A DNA stretch of 64,000 bases from Candidatus Magasanikiibacteriota bacterium (GTDB taxonomy: Bacteria; Patescibacteriota; Patescibacteriia; Magasanikbacterales; 2-02-FULL-50-9b), in assembly GCA_943355025.1 (NCBI GenBank), contig CALRDW010000004.1:756-64755 (forward strand), in the 5' to 3' direction. Shown here one piece after another: positions 1-9,278 of this stretch. Under the pieces are notes generated by a model that saw only the letters and a program-made list of their open reading frames with translations, had not been told where the DNA came from and searched no databases. Both the position numbers and the translations under genes were made by a program. Each line of letters opens with the position of its first letter. Position 1 is the first letter of the stretch.

Positions 1-10
1 TAAAAAAAAT

Positions 11-1084
11 ATGAAAATTTTGCTCATCACTTCGGAATATCCGCCGATTGTCGGTGGTGTGAGCAGTTATCTTGAACAACTGTATTCGAACCTCGATCAT
101 GAAGTGACTATTATTGCGCCTCCTGCGTTTAACTTTCAGGTCAATTGGATGTGGCCCCGTTGGTTGCCGCTCTATTTTCAAATTAAGGAATTTATAAAGA
201 CGAATAAACCCGATCAAATTCATATCTCGCATGTGCTCCCGATGGGTCAGATTGCCTATTGGATACTCAAACAATATAAAATTCCATACGTTATCATTTT
301 TCACGGTTTGGATCTTATTACGGCTGCGGCGCAACCAAAAAAATGGATGCGTGTTGAAAAGATCGTTGCACATGCAAGCGCACTGATTGTTAATAGTAAT
401 GCAACAGGGGATTTATTGAAAAAATTGCTTCCGCATGCGCATAAACCAATCGTCATTCGTCCCGGTGTTCAAATCCGATCGATCGCGCCGAGAGCTATTG
501 AAGAGTTTCGCAGCGCGCAAAACCTTACGGGACATCGGATAATTCTTTTTCTCGCACGCCTCGTGCCGCGCAAAGGAGTGGTGGTGGCTGTTGAAGCGTT
601 TTACGAGATTGTTCGTCAAAATGTCGAGGCGACACTTATTATTGCGGGTGCGGGGCCTGAGCGCATAGTGGCTGAGGCTGCTGCTGTACGTCTCGGCATC
701 GGCGATCGCATTCGATTTGTGGGCCCCGTTAGCGAAACTGATAAATATTTGTGGTATGCAGTCGCGCATGTGTTTTGGTTTCCCGCGCAACCTACAGAAA
801 ATGATTGGGAAGGGTTCGGAATGACTGCGCTTGAGGCTCAAAGTTTTAGTTGCCCCGTTGTCGTGAGCAATTGCGGCGGCCTTCCTGAAACACTTATGCC
901 CGACATAACTGGGTTTGTCGCCGAGGGAACTCCGCAGGCATTTGCAGAGGCAACTCTTCGTACGCTGAATGATGCCAGCTGCTGGCAGCGAATGCGTATG
1001 GCGGCGCGCACGTTTGCGGCGTCGCAAGATTGGTCAACACCGAGAAAAATCCTTTCGGGGCTTATTCAATCGGTCAAAAAATAA
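11..1084 (+). CDS. Glycosyltransferase family 1 (GT4-like)
   Basis: 357-aa ORF. The C-terminal motif EGFGMTALEAQSFSCPVVVSNCGGLPE is the typical GT1 E-x7-E donor-binding region. The ATG at 11 is preceded by an A-rich leader. Confidence 0.75.
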   Translation: MKILLITSEYPPIVGGVSSYLEQLYSNLDHEVTIIAPPAFNFQVNWMWPRWLPLYFQIKEFIKTNKPDQIHISHVLPMGQIAYWILKQYKIPYVIIFHGLDLITAAAQPKKWMRVEKIVAHASALIVNSNATGDLLKKLLPHAHKPIVIRPGVQIRSIAPRAIEEFRSAQNLTGHRIILFLARLVPRKGVVVAVEAFYEIVRQNVEATLIIAGAGPERIVAEAAAVRLGIGDRIRFVGPVSETDKYLWYAVAHVFWFPAQPTENDWEGFGMTALEAQSFSCPVVVSNCGGLPETLMPDITGFVAEGTPQAFAEATLRTLNDASCWQRMRMAARTFAASQDWSTPRKILSGLIQSVKK

Positions 1085-1092
1085 ATCAGCAT

Positions 1093-1791
1093 ATGCGCAT
1101 CGCTGTTATTATTCCGATTCGTGGGCGTGTTCAACTGCTCCGTAGCTGCCTCGCAAGCATTCAAGCGCAACAATTACGTCCGTCACGAGTAATCGTCGTT
1201 GACGACGCGAATACAGCCTCAGACGCGGCGTCAATTAAAGACATTGCAGCAAGCGCAGGTGCTGAATATCTCCGCACGGAAATTCAAGGTGGCGCTTCCG
1301 CGGCCCGCAACTATGGAGCTGCTCAGGCAACTGGCATAGACACTTATTTTTTTTGTGATGCAGACATCACGCTGGCCCCAAACGCTCTGCACGAACTAGC
1401 TTCCGCACTTGAAAAAAATCCGCAGGCTGCTTATGCATATTCTGATTTTATGTTTGGCAAGCGCCTGATGCGTGCTGAGCCATTTTCCTTGGCCGCGCTA
1501 CGCCATCAGAATTTTATTTCTACAATGTCTCTTGTTCGAGCAGCTGCGTTCCTCGGGTTTGATCCAACACTTAAACGATTTCAGGATTGGGATTTATGGC
1601 TTACACTTGCGACACAGGGAAAATATGGTGTGTATGTACCGCAAGTTTTATTCACCGCTGATGCGAGCGGTAGCATCAGCACGTGGATCCCGTCAATACT
1701 TGCGCGGAATGCCCACGTGTTTTCGTGGATTCCTCGAGTTAAAAAATACGCAGCCGCACGCGCCATTATTTTAAAAAAACAGGGCTTATAA
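1093..1791 (+). CDS. Glycosyltransferase family 2
   Basis: MRIAVIIPIRG followed by VIVVDDANTASD is the GT2 N-terminal nucleotide-sugar-binding motif, and a DAD-type motif is present. I chose the ATG at 1093 rather than the longer ORF start at 1030, which would overlap the upstream gene. Confidence 0.7.
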   Translation: MRIAVIIPIRGRVQLLRSCLASIQAQQLRPSRVIVVDDANTASDAASIKDIAASAGAEYLRTEIQGGASAARNYGAAQATGIDTYFFCDADITLAPNALHELASALEKNPQAAYAYSDFMFGKRLMRAEPFSLAALRHQNFISTMSLVRAAAFLGFDPTLKRFQDWDLWLTLATQGKYGVYVPQVLFTADASGSISTWIPSILARNAHVFSWIPRVKKYAAARAIILKKQGL

Positions 1792-2745
1792 TTTTTGTGG
1801 CTGTACGGCGGTCGTGCCAGTAAGGTGTTTGTATCCACGAGCAAAGTTGGCAGCGGTCATAACTGATTTTCCGGCCGGCTGCAGTGTGAGTACTTCAAGT
1901 GTGCCTGAATATGTTGCAAAAAAAACACGGTCTTCCGAAATATGAAGAGCGCCTGGGGCACGGTCGGCCACCTGATTGGCCGCTGCCATAACGCTCGCGG
2001 AAAGAAGTTTTACATTCAGATCACCAATAGCAATCGTAACCCCTGGCCATGGTGTCAACGCGCGAATTTTTCGTTCGACTGATGTAGCTGTTTCTGTTTT
2101 AAAATCGACAAATCCATCTTCTCGAGACAGTAATTTTGTAAATGTTGCCAGAGCCTCGATCTGTGGTTGGGGCGTCAAAGATCCTGCGACAAATTGCGTT
2201 ATAACTTCTCCGATGTGGGCTGAGCCGATCGCGGCGAGACGCGCCATAAGTGTTGGCGTCGTGTCGGTTGGGGATATTTGAGCAGGATATTGTGTCAAAA
2301 TTGATCCATGATCAAGTTGTGCATCCATGCACATGATGGTAATGCCAGTTGCGATTTCACCAGCCGCAATCGCTGATTGAACGGGTGATGCTCCGCGATA
2401 CAGAGGAAGTAGGGATGTGTGAACATTGAGCGCGCCATAGTGCGGGATCGAAAGGATCGCCTGTGGAATTATGAGCCCATATTGTGCAACGATAAAAATA
2501 TCGGCGTTGAATTCTTGAAGCGAGCGCTGAATATCTTCAGATTTTAATGTTGCTGGTTCAAGGCACAGAGCGTTGGCCTCAGCAGCGAGCTGAGACACAG
2601 GGCTTGAATGGAGTTCCTGTTTGCGTCCAACGCGCCGCGCCGGCTGAGTTATAACACCGACAACTGTTGCATCTTTCATCGCAAAAAGCGCACGTAAAAT
2701 CTCAGTTGCGAATAATTCTGTTCCAAAAAAAACAATTCGTATCAT
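1786..2745 (-). CDS. fmt: Methionyl-tRNA formyltransferase
   Basis: MIRIVFFGTELFA at the N-terminus, the formyltransferase core (HTSLLPLYRGASPVQSAI), and a C-terminal Fmt domain. It lies adjacent to def. Confidence 0.85.
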   Translation of the reverse strand: MIRIVFFGTELFATEILRALFAMKDATVVGVITQPARRVGRKQELHSSPVSQLAAEANALCLEPATLKSEDIQRSLQEFNADIFIVAQYGLIIPQAILSIPHYGALNVHTSLLPLYRGASPVQSAIAAGEIATGITIMCMDAQLDHGSILTQYPAQISPTDTTPTLMARLAAIGSAHIGEVITQFVAGSLTPQPQIEALATFTKLLSREDGFVDFKTETATSVERKIRALTPWPGVTIAIGDLNVKLLSASVMAAANQVADRAPGALHISEDRVFFATYSGTLEVLTLQPAGKSVMTAANFARGYKHLTGTTAVQPQKL

Positions 2746-2759
2746 AAAACGGACTAAAA

Positions 2760-3281
2760 TTAATCAGTGCGCGGACGCACTTTTTTTGAGGTTTGTTTTG
2801 CACGGTCAATAAATAAAATGCCGTTTAGATGGTCAACCTCGTGTTGGAGTACGCGTGCAAAATAATCAGTTGCAACGAACTCTACACGCTCGCCACCTGA
2901 AAGTGTTGCGCTTGCCGAAACTTGAACATGTCGCTCAACATCTCCAACAAGTCCAGGAACCGAGAGACATCCTTCCTCATCAAGTGCTGTTTTCCATGAA
3001 TAGGTAGCGAATTCTGGATTGATTAATACAAGATCTTCTATTTTCGAAAAAGGCAGTGATTCCTCATGAGCAAAAGCCTCTTTCCCAATCGTAATCATAC
3101 GAATTGATTTTCCGATTTGGGGCGCCGCAAGACCAATGCCATCGTCCGAATGCATTGTTTTAATCATGTCTTTGCTGAGCGATTTAAACTCTTCAGATTG
3201 CAAAAAAGAAGCTTCAATTTTGCTTGAAGTCGCGCGAAGAATCGGGTGCGGATGCTGGAGTACGGGCAAAATTTCTGCCAT
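2760..3281 (-). CDS. def: Peptide deformylase
   Basis: All three PDF motifs are present: GIGLAAPQIG, EGCLSVPG and HEVDHLNG. Confidence 0.9.
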   Translation of the reverse strand: MAEILPVLQHPHPILRATSSKIEASFLQSEEFKSLSKDMIKTMHSDDGIGLAAPQIGKSIRMITIGKEAFAHEESLPFSKIEDLVLINPEFATYSWKTALDEEGCLSVPGLVGDVERHVQVSASATLSGGERVEFVATDYFARVLQHEVDHLNGILFIDRAKQTSKKVRPRTD

Positions 3282-3299
3282 ATGCGACGTATTCTATCA

Positions 3300-4853
3300 C
3301 TATTTGCGTAAAAAATCAAGCCTGCCATAGGGCGCTTGGTTGAACCTTTTTCTGAGTACTTTTTCGGATATCCACCACCGGGTAAACCCATCAAAATCGC
3401 GAACACTCCATGCGGATAAAGCAGGCCGCCGTGTCTGAACATACCATGCGCCCGCCCAGGCGCGTGGGAGACGTGTTGACATGGCACGAAGCCGGTTCCA
3501 GATAGACTCTTCGCTGCGCAAATGTGGATGAATGAGCTCAAAATCAGGTGAGAGGTCTATAACCGTATCAAACCAGCCCAGATCCACTGAGTAGGCGAGG
3601 GGTGCGGTTGCAATAACGATTATGCGATGTTCCGTTGAATAAATCTGCTCTACGGCCTCAGTTGCACGAGCAAGTTGTTCGGAGCGCGCGTCCGCAAGAA
3701 TGATTTCATCTGCGGCGTTCACGACGGCAAGTTCGCGAAGCTCCCGAACAAGTGATTGTGCACCGAGGCCCATGAGCAAAAATTGAGTGCCGCTGCACGT
3801 GACGCACTGCGCTTGTGCATTAACTGTTTCAAACGGTTGCAACGCGCCACAATCCTTGCAGAGCGCGTGTGTGGCCTCCCGAAGATGCGGGACAAAAAAG
3901 ATGAGTCGCTGTGAACGCTCAATTGCATCTTCAAGTACCGGCGACAAAAATAGCCGTCTATTTCTGGGCTCCTCGGCCGTTCGATCGACTATTGTTGGCC
4001 ATGTAGCAAGCGAGGGCACTGTCGCAATACGATTAAGGTCAAGTGTGTGCGGTGAATGACCTATAAGTGTAACGCTGTCGCCCAAATTAATTCTTCGTGA
4101 TTCTAAAATTTGTCGATTGTCGTAGTTGATGCCGTCCCATTGGGTATGAAAAGGATGTGTTGGCTCGTCGACAGCCCACGCGCCGTCCCCTGCAAAGGGG
4201 AGCCACGTCAATGCATGTGTTCCGACAAGAATTATTTTTTTGGATCCGCCGGTCCAGGCGAGCCATGCTGCGCGACGGCGTGGCGCTGATTCCGGGTGGT
4301 AGTGAATAATTTCATGGTCTGCTCTGTGTCCCGAAAGCAGTCGCACAAGTTCTTCCGCACGCTCATTGCTTGGTGCCACAAGAGCAATTACGCGTTTTGA
4401 TTTCGCCAGCTGACACATAGCTGCGAGCACTGCTGCATCGTGCGATTCAGCATCAAAATACCACGCGCATTTTATGGCGGTGGGGGCCTCTCGTGGCATT
4501 ATTTCAGCCAGCTCAGTGCGTGTCAGTGCTTGGTATGTTCGCTTGCTTGGCGAGGGGAGAGAATAACGCGCAAGATTTCCAATGGTTGAGTTAAGCTCAG
4601 AAGCAAGCGCAGTTAGCCACGCGACTTCGGGAGTGGAAAGAACTTTGACTGGAGTTTGGTCGGGGATTGGCCGCACCGTAAAAGCAGTCGAGAGAGGAAG
4701 TTCACTTATAATACCGAAGAGTATCTTCTTTCGAAACGGAATTTGAACCAGCATACCAACCTCGGGCGCTGGCGGAAGCTCCCACGAGTAATCAAAGACA
4801 GACATGCCCGCTGGCATGCTGCGCAGCGGGGCCACGCGAATCAATCGCTTCAT
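3300..4853 (-). CDS. priA: Primosomal protein N' (PriA) homolog with degenerate helicase motifs
   Basis: The N-terminal 3'-DNA-binding-like segment (FDYSWELPP...GMLVQIPF) and the Cys-rich zinc-binding segment (CKDCG...CVTCSG) match PriA. At the Walker A position the protein has AESHDAAVLAA instead of GxxGSGKT. At the DEEH position it has VDEPTHPF. Confidence 0.65.
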   Translation of the reverse strand: MKRLIRVAPLRSMPAGMSVFDYSWELPPAPEVGMLVQIPFRKKILFGIISELPLSTAFTVRPIPDQTPVKVLSTPEVAWLTALASELNSTIGNLARYSLPSPSKRTYQALTRTELAEIMPREAPTAIKCAWYFDAESHDAAVLAAMCQLAKSKRVIALVAPSNERAEELVRLLSGHRADHEIIHYHPESAPRRRAAWLAWTGGSKKIILVGTHALTWLPFAGDGAWAVDEPTHPFHTQWDGINYDNRQILESRRINLGDSVTLIGHSPHTLDLNRIATVPSLATWPTIVDRTAEEPRNRRLFLSPVLEDAIERSQRLIFFVPHLREATHALCKDCGALQPFETVNAQAQCVTCSGTQFLLMGLGAQSLVRELRELAVVNAADEIILADARSEQLARATEAVEQIYSTEHRIIVIATAPLAYSVDLGWFDTVIDLSPDFELIHPHLRSEESIWNRLRAMSTRLPRAWAGAWYVQTRRPALSAWSVRDFDGFTRWWISEKVLRKRFNQAPYGRLDFLRK

Positions 4854-4860
4854 ACACAGC

Positions 4861-5637
4861 TCACTCAGAAAATAAAATTGCGTTGATAAGGCCTACGCCG
4901 TATCGAACCTCGTGTGATAAAATTCGAACATTCGCCGGGAATCGTCGGAGCAAACCGAATCCGACTCCAAGCGCCTTACTTACGCACTCTTCGGCATCAG
5001 AAAATTCATGCACCAGTTTTGTAAGCGCTGCGACAGAGCGGTGTTCGATGGCATCAATAAGCGCTGTCTCGAATTTAAGTGCGTGTTCTGAAAAACCAGC
5101 GGGCGAGTCCGAGGTATGTCGGTGTGATGCGTCTCCAGTTATCAAAACAGCAACACGTCGCGGGCTTGAGTGGAACACCTCTTTAAGGTGCGTGCCGATT
5201 TCAGCATGATCAATTATTGAGTTTGTGGTTGTGCCAACGACTATAATCCGCTCGGTTGAGGATACACCAAGAAGACGAAGCGCGAGCGCGGACCCATAAT
5301 CAAGTTCATGTTCGGCAACGTGTTGGAGCGAAAGATGCTCGGCGATCTGCTCCCGATGCAGTGCACTTAAAAAACTAACATCGGTTGGATACGACGCATC
5401 GCCTGAATGAACGACGCCAAATGATTTTAGTTGTGGCGTCAGAGTCGGACTGTTAAAAACAGCATATTTTTTTTCGAACATTCGTGCATGCTCACTGACA
5501 ATGAGAATGACTTCTGCATTCGACGCAGCAAGCGCCTTTCGAAGCAATGCAAAACCCATGGCAGACTGTGACTGTTCGAATTTCTTGTCTTTAAGAAGCA
5601 GAGGGTTGTGCGCAACGAGGCCGGCAAAAACAATCAT
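4861..5637 (-). CDS. Class III extradiol dioxygenase / MEMO1-like (LigB superfamily) protein
   Basis: 258 aa. The N-terminus (MIVFAGLVAHNPLLL) and the His/Asp-containing segments (HSGDASYP, ITGDASHRH) resemble the DODA / AmmeMemoRadiSam-B fold. No partner genes are nearby. Confidence 0.4.
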   Translation of the reverse strand: MIVFAGLVAHNPLLLKDKKFEQSQSAMGFALLRKALAASNAEVILIVSEHARMFEKKYAVFNSPTLTPQLKSFGVVHSGDASYPTDVSFLSALHREQIAEHLSLQHVAEHELDYGSALALRLLGVSSTERIIVVGTTTNSIIDHAEIGTHLKEVFHSSPRRVAVLITGDASHRHTSDSPAGFSEHALKFETALIDAIEHRSVAALTKLVHEFSDAEECVSKALGVGFGLLRRFPANVRILSHEVRYGVGLINAILFSE

Positions 5638-5640
5638 ACT

Positions 5641-7035
5641 TTATTTTGCTGCAATATGATTCGCAGGAGCTGTATCAACAAGAGGCTCACCCTCGGTTAC
5701 GCTAATAAGCGTCTGTTCATCAGTATAAATAACATTTTTTGTCTGGTATCCGAGACTTTTAAACACTGCGGCGCTTGGAATTAATCGGCGGCGTCCATTT
5801 GAAACTACATAAATGAATGCCGAACCCTTTGTTGCGACAAGGGTGCCGTCATGAAATAAAATTGGCGTGTTGCTGAGTGGATATTTTGCAAGCTGCTTCA
5901 TATCCTGTACAAGAATTTTCTTTTTTGGGAAGTTTGCTTTCACAACATCCTGCGAGGCGATAACTGAGCGAACACCGTTTTGAATGTAGTAAAGTGCTTT
6001 TGTCTTTTTATCTTGGACAACGGCTCCGAGAGGATACTCCGACGCTGTTGTTATGAATGTGCCGCTTTCGTACTCAGCTACATCTGCATCTGTCACATCT
6101 TCAACCTCATCAGGATTGAAACCAATTGTTTTAAACACTGCGGATGACGCGATTGGGTGTTTTATATCATCAATAATGAGATACACCATGCTGTTTGGTG
6201 TACGAACAAGGCTATAATTTGGAAGCGAAATTGGCGAGCCTTTTTGATAAGCCCCGAGATCTGCCGACTGAATTTTAAGCACGCTATCGGGGCTATACCT
6301 AGATAAAAAGGCCGCCTTTGTTGCAAAAGGACGGATGACACCGTTTTTTATTATGTATGTTGTATCATCGCCGAGCGCCTGGATGAGCGATCCATCCGGA
6401 TACACACGCGTAAACCACTTATTCCAGAGTTTCCAAAAATTAAGATTTCCATGGAGATGAGGCGTATATGTATAGAGAAACGCGGTCGCATTCGAAAGAG
6501 GGTTTACGGGTTGATTATCAATTACATACGTCGTCCCCGCGCGCTTGATCCATGTTTGTGCAACATTTTCGTAATAATACCGCATGATCGAAGCTGAGCG
6601 GCGCACCTGATTTGCAAAACCTTTGAATTTAAAAATAGACGGGTCATTCAAGCTGCAGCCATCACACACGCCAAAACCCGTAGCCCAATCAAGCTGTTTT
6701 TGTGCCGGCGAGGAATCGGTTACAAGGCTTTGTTCTTTTTGCAAAACAACAAGCAAATAACGGGGATTGATTTGCGACTCTGCTGCTGCAGCCATAATAA
6801 TTTGGGCCGCGGTTTTATTTGAACCATCCGTGTCAACAAACCGCATCCCTGCAATAGCACCACCCTGAGCAGTAATAAAATTTTGAACGTCCGTCGTCGA
6901 CATTGCGTCGTAAGAAGTGAGATCATTGTCCGTAAGTATAAGCTGCGGATTAAAATCTGCAGCTAGAGCGGATGTGGGCAGCATGAGGCTCACCAAACTG
7001 AGTGCCACTGCAAATCGCACAAAAATGATTCTCAT
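5641..7035 (-). CDS. Secreted hypothetical protein (possible cell-envelope hydrolase)
   Basis: Signal peptide MRIIFVRFAVALSLVSLMLPTSALAA when the start is taken at 7035. The protein is large and Ser/Thr/Asn-rich. It lies next to cell-wall genes. No catalytic motif could be assigned. Confidence 0.5.
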   Translation of the reverse strand: MRIIFVRFAVALSLVSLMLPTSALAADFNPQLILTDNDLTSYDAMSTTDVQNFITAQGGAIAGMRFVDTDGSNKTAAQIIMAAAAESQINPRYLLVVLQKEQSLVTDSSPAQKQLDWATGFGVCDGCSLNDPSIFKFKGFANQVRRSASIMRYYYENVAQTWIKRAGTTYVIDNQPVNPLSNATAFLYTYTPHLHGNLNFWKLWNKWFTRVYPDGSLIQALGDDTTYIIKNGVIRPFATKAAFLSRYSPDSVLKIQSADLGAYQKGSPISLPNYSLVRTPNSMVYLIIDDIKHPIASSAVFKTIGFNPDEVEDVTDADVAEYESGTFITTASEYPLGAVVQDKKTKALYYIQNGVRSVIASQDVVKANFPKKKILVQDMKQLAKYPLSNTPILFHDGTLVATKGSAFIYVVSNGRRRLIPSAAVFKSLGYQTKNVIYTDEQTLISVTEGEPLVDTAPANHIAAK

Positions 7036-7085
7036 AGAGAAAGAAGTATACCAGGTCACGACCAATTCGGGCAATAATGCTTTAT

Positions 7086-7268
7086 TTAAAGCGGAAGCTC
7101 AGCCACTTGAAGTTTTTTCAAAATTGCGGGCACAACGCCACCGTCTTGGGTTATAAGTGACTGGAGCATGTGCTCGGGATGCACTTGCGCCTGCCCATTT
7201 TCCTCTGCTATTCGATAAGCAGCCTCAAGAGCTTTCTGAGATTTGTGCGTAAAACTCTGTGGATTCAT
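7086..7268 (-). pseudogene. ClpB/ClpA N-terminal (Clp_N) domain remnant, 60 aa
   Basis: MNPQSFTHKSQKALEAAYRIAEENGQAQVHPEHMLQSLITQDGGVVPAILKKLQV matches the first Clp_N repeat of ClpB. The ORF terminates after 60 codons and is followed immediately by an unrelated gene. Confidence 0.55.
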
Positions 7269-7271
7269 AAG

Positions 7272-7299
7272 TTGAACTTTTCGTATATTTTAGTATAAT
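7272..7299 (+). promoter_or_regulatory. Sigma70-like promoter upstream of the tagA-like gene
   Basis: TTGAAC (7272-7277), a 16-nt spacer, then TATAAT (7294-7299), about 20 nt upstream of the ATG at 7321. Confidence 0.5.
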
Positions 7300-7320
7300 G
7301 AGGGCACTCAAAAAGAGCAA

Positions 7321-8073
7321 ATGCACACCAGATTATCACACTTTGCCACACTTCCTTTTTGGTCACAGAGCTCGGAGCAGCTGTGCGACCATGTATTAGC
7401 GCGCCTTGAGCAGGGGTTCTCGACGCATATTGTAACGATCAATGCTGAAATGCTGCTCTATGCAGCGGTGCACCCGAGCGCAGAGCAGGCAATCGACGCG
7501 TGCACTATTGCAACAGTCGACAGTTTTGCTGTCTGGCTGTGGCTCAGATTTTTTTTTCGCCGAAATTTTCCACGGATAACTGGTGTTGCTTTTGCGGAAA
7601 AACTCGCAGTACAGGCCGGCCAGAGAGGGGAACGTGTTGCGCTCATTGGCGGTAGCTCTACGATTGCTGTCCAGCAAGCACAGCAATATCTAGAGGCGCA
7701 ATCAGCTCGTGTTACTCTTGCTGTTCGTCTTGAACACACGCCACGAGAACAGGAGCCGGTCATGAGTAGCCTTATTTTAGAAGGATTGCGAAGTGTTAAA
7801 CCAACCATTATTCTGGTTGGCTTTGGCCATGGAGTTCAAGAAGTCTGGTTGTCCAAGGCATTGCCGCTCGTAGGTTATCCAGCAATTGGTATCGGTGTTG
7901 GAGGTGCGATTGATGTGTGGGGTGGTGTTGCTCGTCGTGCTCCTGCCACGCTTCAGCGCCTCGGACTCGAGTGGCTGTGGCGACTCATTCAGCAACCATC
8001 GCGGTATCGTCGGATACTTCGCGCAACAATTGGTTTTCCTGCTCGGTGTATTTGGGAATCTCTGCTATACTAA
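7321..8073 (+). CDS. WecB/TagA/CpsF family glycosyltransferase
   Basis: IVTINAEML, the GIGVGGAIDVWGG segment, and the C-terminal LGLEWLWRLIQQPSRYRR are typical of the TagA/WecG family. Confidence 0.8.
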   Translation: MHTRLSHFATLPFWSQSSEQLCDHVLARLEQGFSTHIVTINAEMLLYAAVHPSAEQAIDACTIATVDSFAVWLWLRFFFRRNFPRITGVAFAEKLAVQAGQRGERVALIGGSSTIAVQQAQQYLEAQSARVTLAVRLEHTPREQEPVMSSLILEGLRSVKPTIILVGFGHGVQEVWLSKALPLVGYPAIGIGVGGAIDVWGGVARRAPATLQRLGLEWLWRLIQQPSRYRRILRATIGFPARCIWESLLY

Positions 8074-8077
8074 AAAA

Positions 8078-9277
8078 ATGCATCGTACCTTGCAACAAAT
8101 TACAATTTTTTGCTGCATTATTTTGGGCTGTACTCAGTCTGTTTTTGCAGCAACCGAAGATGTTGGAGAATTGCAAAAACAAATTGCTGATCGACAGAGT
8201 AAAATACAGGACATACAGACCCAGATCGATGCGATGAAAAAAGCGCTCCAAACAAAGCAGCTTGAGGGCGTATCTCTACAAAATCAGCTTGGCATAATTA
8301 ATGGGCGCGTCCAAAAAACAAAACTAGATATTGCAGCGACAGAGCTCCATTTGCAGCAAACACAGCTTGTACTGCAGCAAACTGAACTTCAAATAAAACA
8401 AAAAGAGCGCTCAATATCGTCTGATCAGACCCAGATAGGAGAGCTCGTGCGATCTCTCGACAAAGCGGAGCGTCAAAATCTGGTAAGCGTTTTTGCGCGT
8501 GGACAAACCATCTCTGATTTTTTTCAGACACAAGAGGCATACCAGAATATTGATTCTGATATGACGCAAGCAATAATGCGTGTCAGCAAGGCGAAGTCTG
8601 ATCTCGACACTCAAAAAAATTTGCTCGACGCAACGAAACAAAATTTAACCGTGGTCAAAAGCTCACTTGAAACAAAGCATGGACAGCTAACCGATCAAAG
8701 CAATGCAAAAGCACAGCTGCTGCTCGAGACAAAGCAGAGCGAGGACAAGTTTCAAAAACTAGTTACAGATTTGAAACGTCAATACGCGGCAACTGAAAGT
8801 GAAATTTCGTCTATTGAACGGCAAGTTCAGGCCCGTCTCAAAAATAAAAGTCTTCGGCTGCCGATAGGCAGTGTCGCACTTCAGTGGCCAACTCCGTCAC
8901 GCACTGTAACCGCGGGATTTCATGACCCGGATTATCCGTTCCGCCATATTTTTGAACATCCTGGTATCGATATTCGGGCTGCGCAAGGCACGCCAATTCG
9001 TGCTGCGGGCGCAGGCGTTGTTGCAAAAGCAAAAAACGCAGGCATGGGCTACAGCTACATAATTATCATTCACAGTAACAAAATCTCGACTGTTTACGGG
9101 CATGTTTCGCGAATTGTTGCTGCAGAAGATGACGCTGTTTCAGCGGGCGACATTATTGGTTACAGCGGAGGAACACCAGGAACTCCAGGAGCTGGTCCGT
9201 TTGTAACTGGTGCTCATTTGCATTTTGAAGTGCGCGAAAATGGAATTCCCGTTAACGCGCTCGACTATTTGCCATAA
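8078..9277 (+). CDS. M23 family metallopeptidase with N-terminal coiled coil (EnvC-like)
   Basis: Signal peptide, a long Gln-rich coiled coil, and C-terminal M23 motifs (HPGIDIRAAQGTPIRAAGAGVV ... GAHLHFEVRENG). I chose the internal ATG at 8078, which avoids overlap with tagA. Confidence 0.8.
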   Translation: MHRTLQQITIFCCIILGCTQSVFAATEDVGELQKQIADRQSKIQDIQTQIDAMKKALQTKQLEGVSLQNQLGIINGRVQKTKLDIAATELHLQQTQLVLQQTELQIKQKERSISSDQTQIGELVRSLDKAERQNLVSVFARGQTISDFFQTQEAYQNIDSDMTQAIMRVSKAKSDLDTQKNLLDATKQNLTVVKSSLETKHGQLTDQSNAKAQLLLETKQSEDKFQKLVTDLKRQYAATESEISSIERQVQARLKNKSLRLPIGSVALQWPTPSRTVTAGFHDPDYPFRHIFEHPGIDIRAAQGTPIRAAGAGVVAKAKNAGMGYSYIIIIHSNKISTVYGHVSRIVAAEDDAVSAGDIIGYSGGTPGTPGAGPFVTGAHLHFEVRENGIPVNALDYLP

Positions 9278-9278
9278 A

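Noticed and set aside
413-1027. 204-aa minus-strand ORF rich in Arg/Cys, antisense to the GT1 gene
   Set aside because: It is entirely embedded in the well-supported glycosyltransferase CDS, has no motifs, and has odd composition. It is a typical antisense artefact.
3164-3541. 125-aa ORF bridging def and priA
   Set aside because: It overlaps both conserved genes in a different frame.
7396-7995. Several minus-strand ORFs (96, 116 and 72 aa) inside the tagA-like gene
   Set aside because: They are antisense to a confidently identified CDS and have no features.
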